DNA of 63,103 nucleotides, taken from assembly GCA_963677895.2 (NCBI GenBank), contig CAXXGJ010000022.1, forward strand, positions 1 through 63,103, written 5' to 3'. The notes under the pieces were generated by a model. The model was not told the origin of the DNA. It saw only the letters and a program-made list of their open reading frames with translations, and ran no database searches. The position numbers were made by a program, and so were the translations under genes. The DNA is from Treponemataceae bacterium. Its GTDB lineage: Bacteria; Spirochaetota; Spirochaetia; Treponematales; Rectinemataceae. Shown here piece by piece: positions 1 to 10,933 of this stretch (its first letter is position 1; the number at the start of each line of letters is the position of its first letter).

Positions 1-459
1 CTGCTCATCCTCGACGAGCCCGCCAACGGCCTTGACCCGGCCGGCATCATCGAGATCAGATCCCTCCTGCGCCGCCTCGCAGCGGAACAGGGCGTGACCA
101 TCTTCATGTCGAGCCATCTTCTGGACGAGGTCGCCCAGCTGGCCGACAGGGTCGGGATCATCCACGAAGGAAAGCTGGTCGAGGAAATCGACTATCGCGA
201 GCTGCGCGAGCTGGGAAAGATCTCCATCGTCATCACGGTGGACGACTCAGGCAAGGCCGAAAAGATTCTGAGGGAAAGCCTGGGCTTCCTCGAAGTGTCG
301 CGCCCGGACGCGAAGACTCTCCGCGTGGCGGACCAGAGCGCCGAGCCGGCAGCCATCGCCCGAGCCATCGTCGGGGCTGGCATAGGCCTCGAGCGGCTCG
401 CCGCCGAGGAAGAGGATCTGGAGCGCCACTTCATGCGCCTGACGGGAGGTGCGGTATGA
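1..459 (+). CDS. ABC transporter ATP-binding subunit, BcrA/lantibiotic-exporter type (5'-partial)
   Basis: Frame open from base 1: LLILDEPANGLDPAG (Walker B/D-loop) and MSSHLLDEV (H-loop). Stop overlaps the permease start. Confidence 0.9.
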   Translation: MLILDEPANGLDPAGIIEIRSLLRRLAAEQGVTIFMSSHLLDEVAQLADRVGIIHEGKLVEEIDYRELRELGKISIVITVDDSGKAEKILRESLGFLEVSRPDAKTLRVADQSAEPAAIARAIVGAGIGLERLAAEEEDLERHFMRLTGGAV

Positions 460-1244
460 GATTCGCGGCAGTCGTATACACGGAATTCCTGAAACTCCGC
501 AGGAGCAAGGCTCCCTGGATCACCCTCGCCGTCTACACCTTCATGGTGGGGATAGGCGGGTTCTTCATGTGGCTCATGAAGAATCCAGGGCTCGCCGAGA
601 GCCTCGGCCTTTTCGGCAAGAAGGCGCAATTCGCCTTCGGCGGCGAGCCTATCGACTGGGCCACCTTCCTGGGCTTCATCGCGCAGATGGGCGGAATCGG
701 CGGACTCATCATGTCCTCCGTCATCGTGACCTATGTCTTCGGCAGGGAATATGCCGAGGGCACGGCGAAGAACCTCCTGGCCCTGCCGGTGGCGCGGCGC
801 AGTTTCGTATTCGCCAAGATCCTCGTCTCCGCCGCCTGGTTCGGCTGCCTGACGCTCTATATGCTCCCGGGAACCTTCATCGTCGGGAGCCTGGTAGGCC
901 TCGGGACTCTGCAGGCTTCCCTGTTTTCGGCCGCCGCCGGCCGCCTTCTCGCCCTAGCCCTCATGTCCCTCTGCTGTTCCTTCCTCACGGCCTGGGTCGC
1001 GGTGGAAACAAGGGGATATTTCGCGCCCCTGGGCTATTCCATCTTCACCCTCCTCCTCGCCGTGATTTTCGCCGCCACGGGCTGGGGACCCTGGGTGCCC
1101 TGGTCGATCGTGGGCATCTACAGCGGCGCGGCAGGCCCCGAGGCCTCCCTCGGAGGGGGCAGCTTCCTCGTCATCGCGGCGACTGCCGCGGCGGGCATCG
1201 TGCTCACCCTCCGCCACGAGGTCGGCGCCGACAACCTGCAGTGA
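456..1244 (+). CDS. ABC-2 type permease (BcrB/LanE-G-like)
   Basis: N-terminal EFLKLRRSK, motif REYAEGTAKNLLALPV, about 6 hydrophobic segments, ATGA coupling to the ATPase. Confidence 0.85.
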   Translation: MRFAAVVYTEFLKLRRSKAPWITLAVYTFMVGIGGFFMWLMKNPGLAESLGLFGKKAQFAFGGEPIDWATFLGFIAQMGGIGGLIMSSVIVTYVFGREYAEGTAKNLLALPVARRSFVFAKILVSAAWFGCLTLYMLPGTFIVGSLVGLGTLQASLFSAAAGRLLALALMSLCCSFLTAWVAVETRGYFAPLGYSIFTLLLAVIFAATGWGPWVPWSIVGIYSGAAGPEASLGGGSFLVIAATAAAGIVLTLRHEVGADNLQ

Positions 1245-1256
1245 GCTGAAGGACCC

Positions 1257-1898
1257 TTAGGCGAGAGGGATTCTTGTCGTTTTGACGCCGAGCTGGAGGA
1301 GGCTGAACTCTCCCCTGCCCAGGTCGGCGAAACGCGACCTGAACAGATCCAGCGCGGCGCTGGGTACTTCCACCTCCATCCGGACAAGCTCGGCGAATTC
1401 GGCGGGGAGCAGCTTCGCCCGGCAGGCCTCGGCCATTCTCCCGAAGGATTCGTAGAGGCTGTAGGGCAGAGCGACGGAAAAAAGGACAACTTCGACGAGC
1501 TCGCCCCGACGGGCGGCCTCCAGCACCTTCTTGCCCGCCTCGGAATATGCCTTGACGAGGCCGCCCGTCCCGAGGAGGGTCCCGCCGAAATACCGCGTCA
1601 CCACCACCGCCACGTTGCCCAGGCCCGAGCCGCGAAGCACCGAGAGAAGCGGGCGGCCGGAAGTGCCCGAGGGCTCCCCGTCGTCGGAGCAGAATTCAGT
1701 GCTGGATTTGCCGCCTCCGACGATGAAGGCGGGAACGTTGTGCGACGCATCAGGGAATTCCTTTCGTATGGAGGCCATGAAGTTGCGCGCTTCCTCCACC
1801 GTCTCGACGTAGTCGAGGCTCGCTATGAAGCGCGAATTGACGACGACGATCTCCGCCCTGGCGGGACCGAGGGGAACAGGGAATGTTTCATTGATCAT
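1257..1898 (-). CDS. YigZ/IMPACT family protein
   Basis: Motifs SRFIA, DASHN, SDDGEPSGTSGRP and VVVTRYFGGTLLGTGGLVKAY. Start set at ATG 1898 to avoid overlap with the GGDEF gene. Confidence 0.9.
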   Translation of the reverse strand: MINETFPVPLGPARAEIVVVNSRFIASLDYVETVEEARNFMASIRKEFPDASHNVPAFIVGGGKSSTEFCSDDGEPSGTSGRPLLSVLRGSGLGNVAVVVTRYFGGTLLGTGGLVKAYSEAGKKVLEAARRGELVEVVLFSVALPYSLYESFGRMAEACRAKLLPAEFAELVRMEVEVPSAALDLFRSRFADLGRGEFSLLQLGVKTTRIPLA

Positions 1899-1908
1899 AG
1901 GAATCGAA

Positions 1909-3054
1909 TCAGGCCAACGCGATGACCGTTTCGCTGTACCCCTTCTTTTTCGCCGATTTGAGGGCATCGGCGCAGGTTGCGTAAATCATGGGAAAATGTA
2001 TGTCGCGGCCGGCCGGATTGTCAAAGGCCACGGCGCCGATCGAGACGCTGCAGGCTATCCCGTCGGGGGATTTGCGCGAAACGGAGGCGCGGAAGGCTGA
2101 AACGACGCCATCCAGGTGTTCGCGATCCACCCTGTTCAGGAAGACCATGAACTCATCGCCGCTCAAGCGTCCGACGAAGCCGCGCTCACCCGCTTCGTCG
2201 CGGAGGCGTTCGGCTATGCTCAGGATGATGCCGTCGCCGATCACGTAGCCATGCAGCTCATTGATTTCATTGAGTCCGTCGATATCCAGATGCAGCATGG
2301 AAAACGCGGCATTGTCGTAGGAGGCCTTGTCGATCGCCGTCATCATCGCGTCGATGAAACCATCGCGATTGTAGACGCCGGTCACTCCGTCGTAATGAGC
2401 GAGGCGGATCAGGCGGGCATCGGTTTTCTCCTTCGCGAAAAGGATCATGCCCATTCCGCCCAGGATCATGTAGAGATAAAGCCCCACGATCGTGACTTCC
2501 TCGCCCAGGGAAGGCCCGAAAATGACGAGGGCCGGGCCGAGGCGGAGAGCGTCGGCGATGCGGATTCCCAAAGAGATCATCATCAACACGAACAGGACAC
2601 CCATGATTATGCGAAGGGAAGAACCATCCTTCATGAAGAGCGCGCGCAGGACGGCGGGAAGGATGATCACCATGTCGAAGACCGTGATGACGATGATTCG
2701 GATATAGGGATCCACGCCGGCTATGACGGATAGACAGTAAAGGGCGAGGCCGACGAAAAGAGGGATGCGCAGCTTATTCTTGACGTTCGCCGTCAACGCG
2801 TCGGAAAGTCCGAGCAGGGCGAGCGATTCGAAATAGACGCTGACCATGGTCGGCATGGTGTTCAGGATCGCGAATATTTCGAGGGGACGCCAGAGCCTCA
2901 ACAGGACAAAGACATAGGACAGGGTCATCATCAGCTGGGCGAAAAAATGATAGCGGATCGCTTCTTCGGTATATTTCTTGCGATAGGCGCAGAGCATAAT
3001 GAGAATCAGGAAGTTTCCGCTGATCAGAAAAATGAACGACGTTTTTGAATCCAT
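1909..3054 (-). CDS. Membrane-bound GGDEF-domain protein (variant SGDEF motif)
   Basis: About 7 TM segments, then DGVTGVYNR, DIDGLNEINELHGYVIGD and GRLSGDEF. Confidence 0.85.
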   Translation of the reverse strand: MDSKTSFIFLISGNFLILIMLCAYRKKYTEEAIRYHFFAQLMMTLSYVFVLLRLWRPLEIFAILNTMPTMVSVYFESLALLGLSDALTANVKNKLRIPLFVGLALYCLSVIAGVDPYIRIIVITVFDMVIILPAVLRALFMKDGSSLRIIMGVLFVLMMISLGIRIADALRLGPALVIFGPSLGEEVTIVGLYLYMILGGMGMILFAKEKTDARLIRLAHYDGVTGVYNRDGFIDAMMTAIDKASYDNAAFSMLHLDIDGLNEINELHGYVIGDGIILSIAERLRDEAGERGFVGRLSGDEFMVFLNRVDREHLDGVVSAFRASVSRKSPDGIACSVSIGAVAFDNPAGRDIHFPMIYATCADALKSAKKKGYSETVIALA

Positions 3055-3059
3055 ACACA

Positions 3060-3089
3060 ATTTTCGGCGGGAAACTCCCTAATTGTCAA
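3060..3089 (-). promoter_or_regulatory. Putative sigma70 promoter TTGACA-N18-GAAAAT for the GGDEF gene
   Basis: Perfect -35 hexamer on the minus strand. The -10-like hexamer ends 5 nt before ATG 3054. Confidence 0.45.
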
Positions 3090-3097
3090 TACACAAG

Positions 3098-3802
3098 TTA
3101 TTTATTATCGTCGTGGTCAAGTTTCAGGAAATGCCCGAACCGCTCCTTTTTCGTTTCTAAATAGGCCTTGTCCTGTTCGTGGGCGGGCAGCTCGTGCTGG
3201 ACCCTTTCCAGCACCGCGATGCCGTGCTTTTCCAGCTCCGCTACCTTCTCGGGATTGTTCGTCATGAGGCGGACGCTTTTGATGCCGATCTTTTTCAGCA
3301 TGGCCGCGGGGATGGCGTAATCGCGCTCGTCGGCCTTGAAACCGAGGGCGATATTGGCGTCGTAGGTGTCGTAGCCCCCGTCCTGGAGGGCGTAAGCCCT
3401 GAGCTTGTTGACGAGGCCGATGCCGCGGCCTTCGGCCTGATGGTAGAGGACGGCGCCGCGCCCCTCGGCCTCGATCAGGGCGAGCGCTCGGTGGAGCTGG
3501 GGTCCGCAGTCGCAGCGCCGGCTGCCGAAGGCGTCGCCGGTGAGACAGGCCGAATGGATCCGGAGGAGGAGGTTCTCCCCGTCGCCGATATCGCCTTTGA
3601 TGATCATGACATGGTCTTTGCCATCTTTGTTGTTGACGAAGCCGACGATGGAAAAATGGCCGTATTCGCTGGGAAAATCGGCGACCGAGGCCACCATGAC
3701 GCAGACTTCCTCGGCGCAGCCGGCGCAGTTGTCGGCGCCGGGGCAATCGCGGAGCGCCCGCATGTCCTGTCGTATCACTTGTTCGATGGAAGGAATTATC
3801 AT
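3098..3802 (-). CDS. ribA: GTP cyclohydrolase II with a Cys-rich N-terminal extension
   Basis: RIHSACLTGDAFGSRRCDCGPQL, EGRGIGLVNKLRAY, LMTNNPEK and YLETKKERFGH. Confidence 0.95.
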   Translation of the reverse strand: MIIPSIEQVIRQDMRALRDCPGADNCAGCAEEVCVMVASVADFPSEYGHFSIVGFVNNKDGKDHVMIIKGDIGDGENLLLRIHSACLTGDAFGSRRCDCGPQLHRALALIEAEGRGAVLYHQAEGRGIGLVNKLRAYALQDGGYDTYDANIALGFKADERDYAIPAAMLKKIGIKSVRLMTNNPEKVAELEKHGIAVLERVQHELPAHEQDKAYLETKKERFGHFLKLDHDDNK

Positions 3803-5259
3803 TGAATCGTCTCCACGCGTATCATATTCGTTGATCCTTGCTGCGAGAGGGGAAGGCCGGCGACGATGACGACTTTGTCGCCTTCGCTCAGGAGCTTTTC
3901 CTTTTTGCAGATGGCGATGGCTTCGTCGACGACGGCATCGAGCCTCGTGCCCGTGCCGCTGTGCAGGAAGGGGCGGACGCCCCAGTTGAGCGCGAGCTGG
4001 TTGAAGAGTTTCTTGTCGCTCAGGAAGGCGTAGATCGGCATGCGGGGGCGGAGGCGCGAGAGGAGCCGCGCGGCGTGCCCCGTTTCGGTGAGGACGACGA
4101 GCGCCTTGGCGTTGCAGAGATAGGCGACCGAAACCGCGTTGTACGACATTATCGCGGGGATGTCGCCCGTCTTCACTTCGGGCGGAACGTCATGGTGGAA
4201 ATCGACATAGTCGAACTGCTTCTCTACGGCGTCGATGATCGAATGCATGGTTCGCACCACCTGGACGGGATACTTGCCCATGGCCGTTTCGCCCGAAAGC
4301 ATCACGGCGCTCGTGGAGTCGAAACAGGCGTTGGCCACGTCCGATGCCTCGGCCCTCGTGGGCATCGGGTTTTCAATCATGGATTCGAGCATCTGCGTCG
4401 CCGTGATCACGGGCTTGGCGGCCAGATAGCCTTTTCGGATCATGCTCTTCTGGGCGATCGGGACTATTTCTATGGGCATCTCGACGCCGAGGTCTCCCCT
4501 CGCGACCATGATGCCGTCGGACTCGCGGATTATCTCGTCGACGTTGGATAGGCCGCGCGCCGTTTCGATCTTCGCTATGAGCTTGATGGCGGAGCGTTTG
4601 CCGGAAGAGACCGCCGCGCGCTGGATAAGCCTGCGGACTTCCTCTATGTCGGTGGCGCAGCGGACAAAGGAAAGGGCGATGTAATCGATGTCGTGCCCCA
4701 CGGCCCAGAGTATGTCGGCTATGTCTTTTTCCGAAAGGAAGGGAATGGGATAGTCGGCTCCGGGGATCGTCAGGTGCGCCTTGGGACGAAGCTCGCCCTC
4801 GTTGTCGATGCGCACGGTCACGGATTTCGTCCCGCGCTGGACGACGCTTCCGGCGAAATAGCCATCCATGAGAATGACCTTCTGGCCCGGAGCGCAGATC
4901 CTGTCGATATCGGGCAGATTGGTATACACGAGGTTCGGTTGGCCGGCGACGAGCGCCTCTATGCCGACAGGGTCGCGGCTTTCGATGGCGATCTGGTCAC
5001 CGGCTTTTATCGAGATATTCTGCTTGTAGCCGTACAGCCTGATGGCCGGCCCTTTTATATCGGCCATGATGGCGATCGGCTTGCCCGTCTCTTTCTGTTC
5101 TTCCCTGATCATGCGGATGGCCGACTCCGCTTCTTCATAAGTCTTGTGTGAAAAATTAAGCCGAAAGACATCCACGCCCTCGCGTATCATATCGCGGATG
5201 ATTTCGGGCTTTTCCGAAGCCGGACCTGTCGTCGCGACTATCTTCGTTCTTTTATCCAT
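3799..5259 (-). CDS. pyk: Pyruvate kinase
   Basis: TKIVATTGP, RLNFSH, MVARGDLGVE, ATQMLESM, PTRAEASDVANA and MLSGETAMG. Confidence 0.97.
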   Translation of the reverse strand: MDKRTKIVATTGPASEKPEIIRDMIREGVDVFRLNFSHKTYEEAESAIRMIREEQKETGKPIAIMADIKGPAIRLYGYKQNISIKAGDQIAIESRDPVGIEALVAGQPNLVYTNLPDIDRICAPGQKVILMDGYFAGSVVQRGTKSVTVRIDNEGELRPKAHLTIPGADYPIPFLSEKDIADILWAVGHDIDYIALSFVRCATDIEEVRRLIQRAAVSSGKRSAIKLIAKIETARGLSNVDEIIRESDGIMVARGDLGVEMPIEIVPIAQKSMIRKGYLAAKPVITATQMLESMIENPMPTRAEASDVANACFDSTSAVMLSGETAMGKYPVQVVRTMHSIIDAVEKQFDYVDFHHDVPPEVKTGDIPAIMSYNAVSVAYLCNAKALVVLTETGHAARLLSRLRPRMPIYAFLSDKKLFNQLALNWGVRPFLHSGTGTRLDAVVDEAIAICKKEKLLSEGDKVVIVAGLPLSQQGSTNMIRVETIQ

Positions 5260-5286
5260 GTTTCTTCCTCCCGTATCGCTTCCGTT

Positions 5287-5838
5287 TCATATCGAACGTA
5301 TCTGACGGCCCAGACTTAAGCCATTTCCCCTCGCCTGAACATACGCGCGCAACGCCGACCGCGCCGAATCGAAGGCTATCTCGTTCCATGGAATCGTCTC
5401 GGCAGGGAAGCTGGCGACCTCCGCCACCTCTCCGATATCGGCGACGAAACTGGCGACGTCGACGGCGCTAGCCCACGTGTAAAAATACAGATCGCAGGTC
5501 GCATAGGGAATATCCTTATAGCGATATGTATTGGGAAAAGTCACAACAAATTCCATCCACGTCGGCGCCCAGCCCAATTCTTCCCGACACTCGCGCATAG
5601 CGGCATCCTCGGCGCGCTCCGCCGGCTCGACGAAGCCGCCAGGTAGGGTCCAAAAGCCCCGTCGAGGATCCCTGGCTCTTTTTAAAAGCACGATGGACCC
5701 TTCCACGTCGATGATGACTGTCGCCGAAGTCGCCACATTGTGAAAATACTCGAAGCCGCAGTCGGGACAAACCCACTTCTTTCCTTCGAGAAAAGAAATG
5801 CGTGGGCTCGCACAGGAAGGACAGAATTTGAAAACCAT
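5287..5838 (-). CDS. NUDIX hydrolase with N-terminal zinc ribbon
   Basis: FCPSC...CPDC and the Nudix box GGFVEPAERAEDAAMRECREELG. Alternative start at 5895. Confidence 0.88.
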   Translation of the reverse strand: MVFKFCPSCASPRISFLEGKKWVCPDCGFEYFHNVATSATVIIDVEGSIVLLKRARDPRRGFWTLPGGFVEPAERAEDAAMRECREELGWAPTWMEFVVTFPNTYRYKDIPYATCDLYFYTWASAVDVASFVADIGEVAEVASFPAETIPWNEIAFDSARSALRAYVQARGNGLSLGRQIRSI

Positions 5839-5910
5839 CCCGGCATCCGCGGCTCCCGCGGCATCGCCGGCTTCCCTGACGCTCGAAAATTCCATACTAT
5901 CAGTATAGGT

Positions 5911-7777
5911 ATGAACGACAAAGAATACGAGACGCCCGGCCTCCCCGAAAAACAGGACAAATCGCCGCGGCTCTCTCCCGCGGCCGAAAAGAACGCCCGC
6001 TTCCGCGCCCTGGTGCGGCAGGCTCCCGATTCGCCCGGCGTCTACATAATGCGCGATCTCGAAGGCCATATCATCTACGTGGGCAAAGCCAAGGTACTGA
6101 AAAACCGTCTGCTTTCCTATTTTTCTGGAAAGAAAGACATAAAGACGCGGCATCTCGTCTCGCGCGTGGAAAATATCGAATGGATCCTGGCGGGGAGCGA
6201 ATACGACGCCCTCCTCATCGAAAACAACCTGATAAAGGAACATACTCCCAAATACAATATCAACCTGAAGGACGGGAAAACCTACCCGTCCATCCGGATC
6301 ACGAACGAGGAATTCCCGCGCATTTTCAAGACCCGCAGGATCATCAACGACGGTTCCGAGTATTTCGGCCCATTTCCCAGCTCCGAGACGATAGACACCT
6401 ATCTCGAACTCATAAAAAGGCTCTTTCCGCTGCGTCGCTGCGTAACCATGCGCAAGCGCGAGACGCCCTGTATGTACTACCATATCGGCCGCTGCTCCGG
6501 CCCCTGCGCCGGGAAGATTACCCGGGAAGCTTACCTGGAGCGGGTCGGGCAGATACGCAAGCTGCTTTCGGGCGAAACCGCCGAACTTCTCGCCGACCTC
6601 AAGACGCGGATGAGTAAGGCATCCGAGGAATTCTGCTTCGAGGAAGCGGCCCGCCTCCGCGACGCCCTCAAGGCCGTGGACCTCTTCGTGGGCAGAAGCA
6701 ACGTGCAGGACTTCGACCCGGCGGCCAGGGATTATCTCGCGTGGCACTGCGACGGCGATCTGGTCTCCTTCATCGTGTTCACGATGCGGGACGGCAGGCT
6801 GAAAGGGCGCGACAGCTTCATCTCGCCGCTCTACGACACCGAGGAGGAAGCCATACAGGCCTTCCTCACCAGCTATTACGGCGCCGAACGCCTCCCCCCC
6901 TCCTTTCATTTACCTGATGAAGGCTATAGGCACCAAGCCGGTCGCCGAATATTTCAAGAAACAGCTTGGCGTCAAGACGCGCTTCCTTGTGCCGAAGGAA
7001 CAGCGCCACAGCGCTTCCATGAACCTCGCGGCCCAAAACGCCAAGGAAGAGCTCATCAAGAAGCGCAGGGAGATAGGCGACACGCAGGCGCTCCTGGAAC
7101 TGAAATCGGCGCTGGGTCTCTCCTCGGTCCCGACGCGGATCGAGGGCTTCGACATAGCCCACCTGGCGGGCAAAAACACGGTCGCTTCGCTCATCAGCTT
7201 CAAGAACGGCGTCCCCGACAAGAAAAACTACCGGTATTTCCGCATACGGAGCCTCGGGGGCGCCATCGATGACTTCGCCTCCATCCGCGAGGCCGTCGCG
7301 AGGCGCTATACCCGCCTCATCAACGAGGAAGCCGACCTGCCCGACCTCATCCTCATCGATGGCGGCGCCGGCCAGGTTTCCGCCGCCAAGGAAATCCTCG
7401 ACCAGCTCGGCCTCGACTGCGACCTCGCCGGGCTGGCCAAGAAGAACGAGGAAATCTACCTGCCGGACAGGCTCGGCCCCGTCGTACTGCCCAAGGATTC
7501 GCCGGCGCTCCGCGTCCTCGTCGCCATCCGCGACGAAACCCACCGCTTCGCGACCGGTCTTTCCAAGAAGCTTCGAACGAAGGACCTGCGTTTCACCGTG
7601 CTGAAGTCGGTGGAGGGCATCGGCGAGGCGAGGGCGAAGCGTCTGATGAAGAGCTTCGGGTCGCTGGGCGCCATCGCGGTGGCCGAACCCGAGGCCATAG
7701 CCAAGGCGGCGGGCATTTCCCTGGAAAAGGCCCTCGCCGTCAGGGAAAAGGCCGCCCTGTCCTATGGCGCGAACTAG
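5911..7777 (+). pseudogene. uvrC: Excinuclease ABC subunit C, split by a +1 frameshift near 6894-6906 (real or assembly error)
   Basis: First frame has GIY-YIG (PGVYIM..IIYVGKAK), the Cys cluster and FEEAARLRD. Second frame has RIEGFDIAH, DLILIDGG, IRDETHRFA and the HhH motif. The junction is at a C7 run. Confidence 0.9.
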
Positions 7778-7947
7778 GGCCGCCGGAGCCCTGCCGCCCA
7801 AGATAGGCGGCAAAGAAAGGCGGCCAGCGGCCGGCCGCCGACAATATGAAATTCGCGCGTTTCCTCGAGATTACGAGAGCCTCCCCGGCTGCCAAAAACC
7901 ATGGAAGCAGGGTATTATAGATCATTATTTCCCGAAGGAGTGACCCA

Positions 7948-9948
7948 ATGGATATTGCTTCGCTTGGAAAAATCGCCAATTCCGTCCGCAGCCTGACTAT
8001 CGACGCCGTGCAGAAAGCCAACTCAGGCCATCCCGGCCTCCCCATGGGAGCGGCCGAACTCGGCGCTTACCTCTATGGCGCCGCGATGAACTACGACGCC
8101 GAGGATCCCTCATGGATCAATCGCGATCGATTCATTTTGTCGGCCGGACACGGCTCCATGCTGCTTTATTCGATCCTCCACATGGCGGGATTCGCCCTCT
8201 CGCTCGACGACATCAAGAGCTTCCGCCAGGTCGGCTCCAAATGCCCCGGCCATCCCGAATATGGCGTCACTCCCGGCGTGGAGACCACGACAGGCCCGCT
8301 CGGACAGGGCATAGCCAACGCGGTGGGCATGGCCATCGGCGAGCGCATGATGGCGGCGAAGTTCAATACGCCCGACGCGAAAATTTTCGATCATTACACC
8401 TACACGCTTGTGGGCGACGGCTGCCTCCAGGAGGGCGTGGCTTCCGAAGCCTGTTCCCTCGCCGGCCACCTCGGCCTCGGCAAGCTCATCGCCTACTACG
8501 ATTCCAATTCGATCACCATCGACGGCTCTACGGCTATGGCTTTCACTGAGGATGTCGGAAAACGTTTCGAAGCCTATGGTTGGCAAGTGCTGCGCGGCGA
8601 CATGTACGATTTCGAAGGGCTGGCGGCGCTGACGGCAAAAGCCAAAGCCGAAACCGCCAAGCCCAGCCTCATCATCCTCAAGAGCGTCATAGGCAAGGGC
8701 GCGCCGACAAAACAGGGCACCGCGGGCGTGCACGGCGCCGCCCTCGGCGACGAGGAAGTGGCCAAGACTAAGGCGGCCCTCGGCCTCCCGGCCGACGCGT
8801 CGTTCTTCGTGGCGCCAGAGGCCTACGCCTTTTTCGAGAAACACAGGAAGGAACTCAAGACGACCAAGGCAATCTGGCAGAAAGCCTTCGAGGCCTGGGG
8901 AAAGGCCAACCCCGCCCTTTCCGAAGAGTTGAGCGCATGGTATTTCAACCGCCCGATCCATCAGCTCGAAATGCCGGCCTTTGCCCAGGGCGAGAAGCTC
9001 GCCACGCGCGCCGCGTCGGGCAAATGCCTGACGGCCATAGCCAAGGCATGGCCCAACCTTATCGGCGGCTCCGCGGATCTCACCAGCCCGAACGTCACCC
9101 AGCTTCCCGCCAACCCCTCCGGCCTGCCTCTCGATTTCGCGGTGGACAACCCCGGCGGCCGCTACATCCGCTTCGGCGTGCGCGAACACGGCATGGCGGC
9201 CATCGCCAACGGCCTCGCCCTCTACGGCGGCCTGCGTCCCTTCGTCGCCACCTTCCTCGTCTTCGCCGATTATCTGCGGCCAGCGCTGCGCCTCGCCGCG
9301 CTGATGAAGCTGCCGGTCATCTATATTTTAACCCACGATTCCATCTTCGTGGGCGAGGACGGCCCGACCCACGAACCCATCGAGACCCTCGCCTCCCTCA
9401 GGGCGATACCCGGCCTCAAAGTCCTCCGCCCCGCGGACGCCGAAGAGACGGTGGTGGCCTGGAAAATGGCCATGGAAAGAACCGACGGCCCGACGGCCCT
9501 CCTTTTGAGCAGGCAGAATCTCCCCGTATTCGCCAAGGAAGATCCTCTCTGGCAGGAGGGCATGGCGGTCGGCGCCTACGTGGCGCGCAACGCGCCGAAA
9601 GAGCCCGACATCGTCCTCGCGGCTTCCGGCTCCGAAGTTTCGCTTGCCATGAAAGCCGCCGAACTCGTGAGCGTCCAGAAGCCCGGTCTCTCCATACGCG
9701 TCGTATCGGTCCCCGACAGGAACGCCTTCTTCAGGGCTCCGGCGCCGATTCGGGACGTCATTCTCTCCCCACCGGCCAAGGTTTTCGTCGCGGAAGCGGG
9801 CATAGCGATGGGCTGGGAGAGAATAGCTCCCGTCGAGCGCATTCTGTCCATCGAGCGTTTCGGCGAATCGGGCCCCGCCGAGAAAGTCGCGGTTCACCTC
9901 GGTTTCACGCCCGAAGCATTCGCCGAGCTGATACTCGCTTCACTCTGA
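7948..9948 (+). CDS. tkt: Transketolase
   Basis: [42 protein letters not shown] and GEDGPTH. Confidence 0.97.
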   Translation: MDIASLGKIANSVRSLTIDAVQKANSGHPGLPMGAAELGAYLYGAAMNYDAEDPSWINRDRFILSAGHGSMLLYSILHMAGFALSLDDIKSFRQVGSKCPGHPEYGVTPGVETTTGPLGQGIANAVGMAIGERMMAAKFNTPDAKIFDHYTYTLVGDGCLQEGVASEACSLAGHLGLGKLIAYYDSNSITIDGSTAMAFTEDVGKRFEAYGWQVLRGDMYDFEGLAALTAKAKAETAKPSLIILKSVIGKGAPTKQGTAGVHGAALGDEEVAKTKAALGLPADASFFVAPEAYAFFEKHRKELKTTKAIWQKAFEAWGKANPALSEELSAWYFNRPIHQLEMPAFAQGEKLATRAASGKCLTAIAKAWPNLIGGSADLTSPNVTQLPANPSGLPLDFAVDNPGGRYIRFGVREHGMAAIANGLALYGGLRPFVATFLVFADYLRPALRLAALMKLPVIYILTHDSIFVGEDGPTHEPIETLASLRAIPGLKVLRPADAEETVVAWKMAMERTDGPTALLLSRQNLPVFAKEDPLWQEGMAVGAYVARNAPKEPDIVLAASGSEVSLAMKAAELVSVQKPGLSIRVVSVPDRNAFFRAPAPIRDVILSPPAKVFVAEAGIAMGWERIAPVERILSIERFGESGPAEKVAVHLGFTPEAFAELILASL

Positions 9949-10085
9949 CCTCGCCGTCGCCCGCCCATGGCCATGAGCTTGGCCACGGGCGGCGACGAGA
10001 GCAGCCTCGGAGCGTCTCGGGGCCTCCTATGGAAGCGGCATGCCTCCAGGAGCCTCTTTCCACTCTCCTTGGCCCGAAGCAGAAT

Positions 10086-10110
10086 CTGATATAATAGATA
10101 ATAGATACCA
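10086..10110 (+). promoter_or_regulatory. Extended -10 (TGaTATAAT) overlapping GATA repeats; putative GntR autoregulatory operator
   Basis: CTGATATAATAGATAATAGATACCA, with the same GATA spacing as the site at 14569-14601. Confidence 0.5.
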
Positions 10111-10230
10111 GCGGCTGATATTATTGTCTTCAAAATGGAACTATGATATCCTTCAAAAATGATGGCAGAGTTATCTGCCGATCATGAAGTACTCGCCACG
10201 GCCTGGTCATTGGCTTGAAAGGGCAATCAT

Positions 10231-10923
10231 TTGGACGAAAAGGACAATTTCGCCATAGAAAAGCGGAGTCTGGCGGAACAGGTGTATCTGTACCTCTGCA
10301 ATTCCATAAGCAGCGGCAGATTCAAATACGGCGAGACCATCAGCACGAAGCGTCTGGCCGAAGAGCTGCAGGTGAGCATGATGCCCATCAGGGAAGCCCT
10401 CAAGCGCCTGGAGATGGACGGGCTCATAGAGATACGTCCCCGCAGCATGTGCCTGTTCCGGACGCCCACCAAAAAGACGATTCTGTCGGCCATAGCGGTG
10501 CGCGAACTGCTGGAAGTGTACTGCGTGAAGCTGGCCTATCCTTCCGTCGACGGCGAGCGGCTGGCCCGCCTGCGCGAACTGATCGGCGCGATGTCGGCGG
10601 CCTTGGCTGAAGATCCCATCAACCTCAAGAAGTACATAAAGTACGACTGGCAATTCCATATGGGATTGTGCGATCTGGCCGACAACGAGTTCATAAGCAA
10701 ATCCTATAAAGAACTGAACCTCCATATGAACATGAATTACATGTACGATATAGGGATAAAGCCGAATGTCTCCCAGACCTTCAAGGACCACATCGACCTC
10801 GTCGACGCCTTGGCGAGCCATTCGCCGACGGCCGTGGCCATCATTGAAAAGCATCTGAGGATCAGCAGGCAAAATATCCTGAGCGGCGAGTTCTTTGCCG
10901 CCCAAGAAGAGGTTCAGCCGTAA
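10231..10923 (+). CDS. GntR family regulator (FCD C-terminal domain)
   Basis: HTH LAEELQVSMMPIREALKRLEMDGL, plus VRELLE and DWQFH. TTG start. Confidence 0.92.
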   Translation: MDEKDNFAIEKRSLAEQVYLYLCNSISSGRFKYGETISTKRLAEELQVSMMPIREALKRLEMDGLIEIRPRSMCLFRTPTKKTILSAIAVRELLEVYCVKLAYPSVDGERLARLRELIGAMSAALAEDPINLKKYIKYDWQFHMGLCDLADNEFISKSYKELNLHMNMNYMYDIGIKPNVSQTFKDHIDLVDALASHSPTAVAIIEKHLRISRQNILSGEFFAAQEEVQP

Positions 10924-10933
10924 ATCCCGGAGA

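Noticed and set aside
5894..5906. ATACT-N3-AGTAT palindrome before uvrC as an SOS box
   Set aside because: Too short, and it matches no LexA consensus I can support.
5287..6909. 540-aa minus-strand ORF
   Set aside because: Only the last ~184 aa are a real NUDIX protein. The rest is the antisense shadow of uvrC.
7777..10010. GC-rich intergenic hairpins (about 7790-7840 and 9950-10010; also about 29620-29650 and 62820-62875) as a REP/MITE family or CRISPR
   Set aside because: They share no common sequence or regular spacing, and look like ordinary stem-loops.
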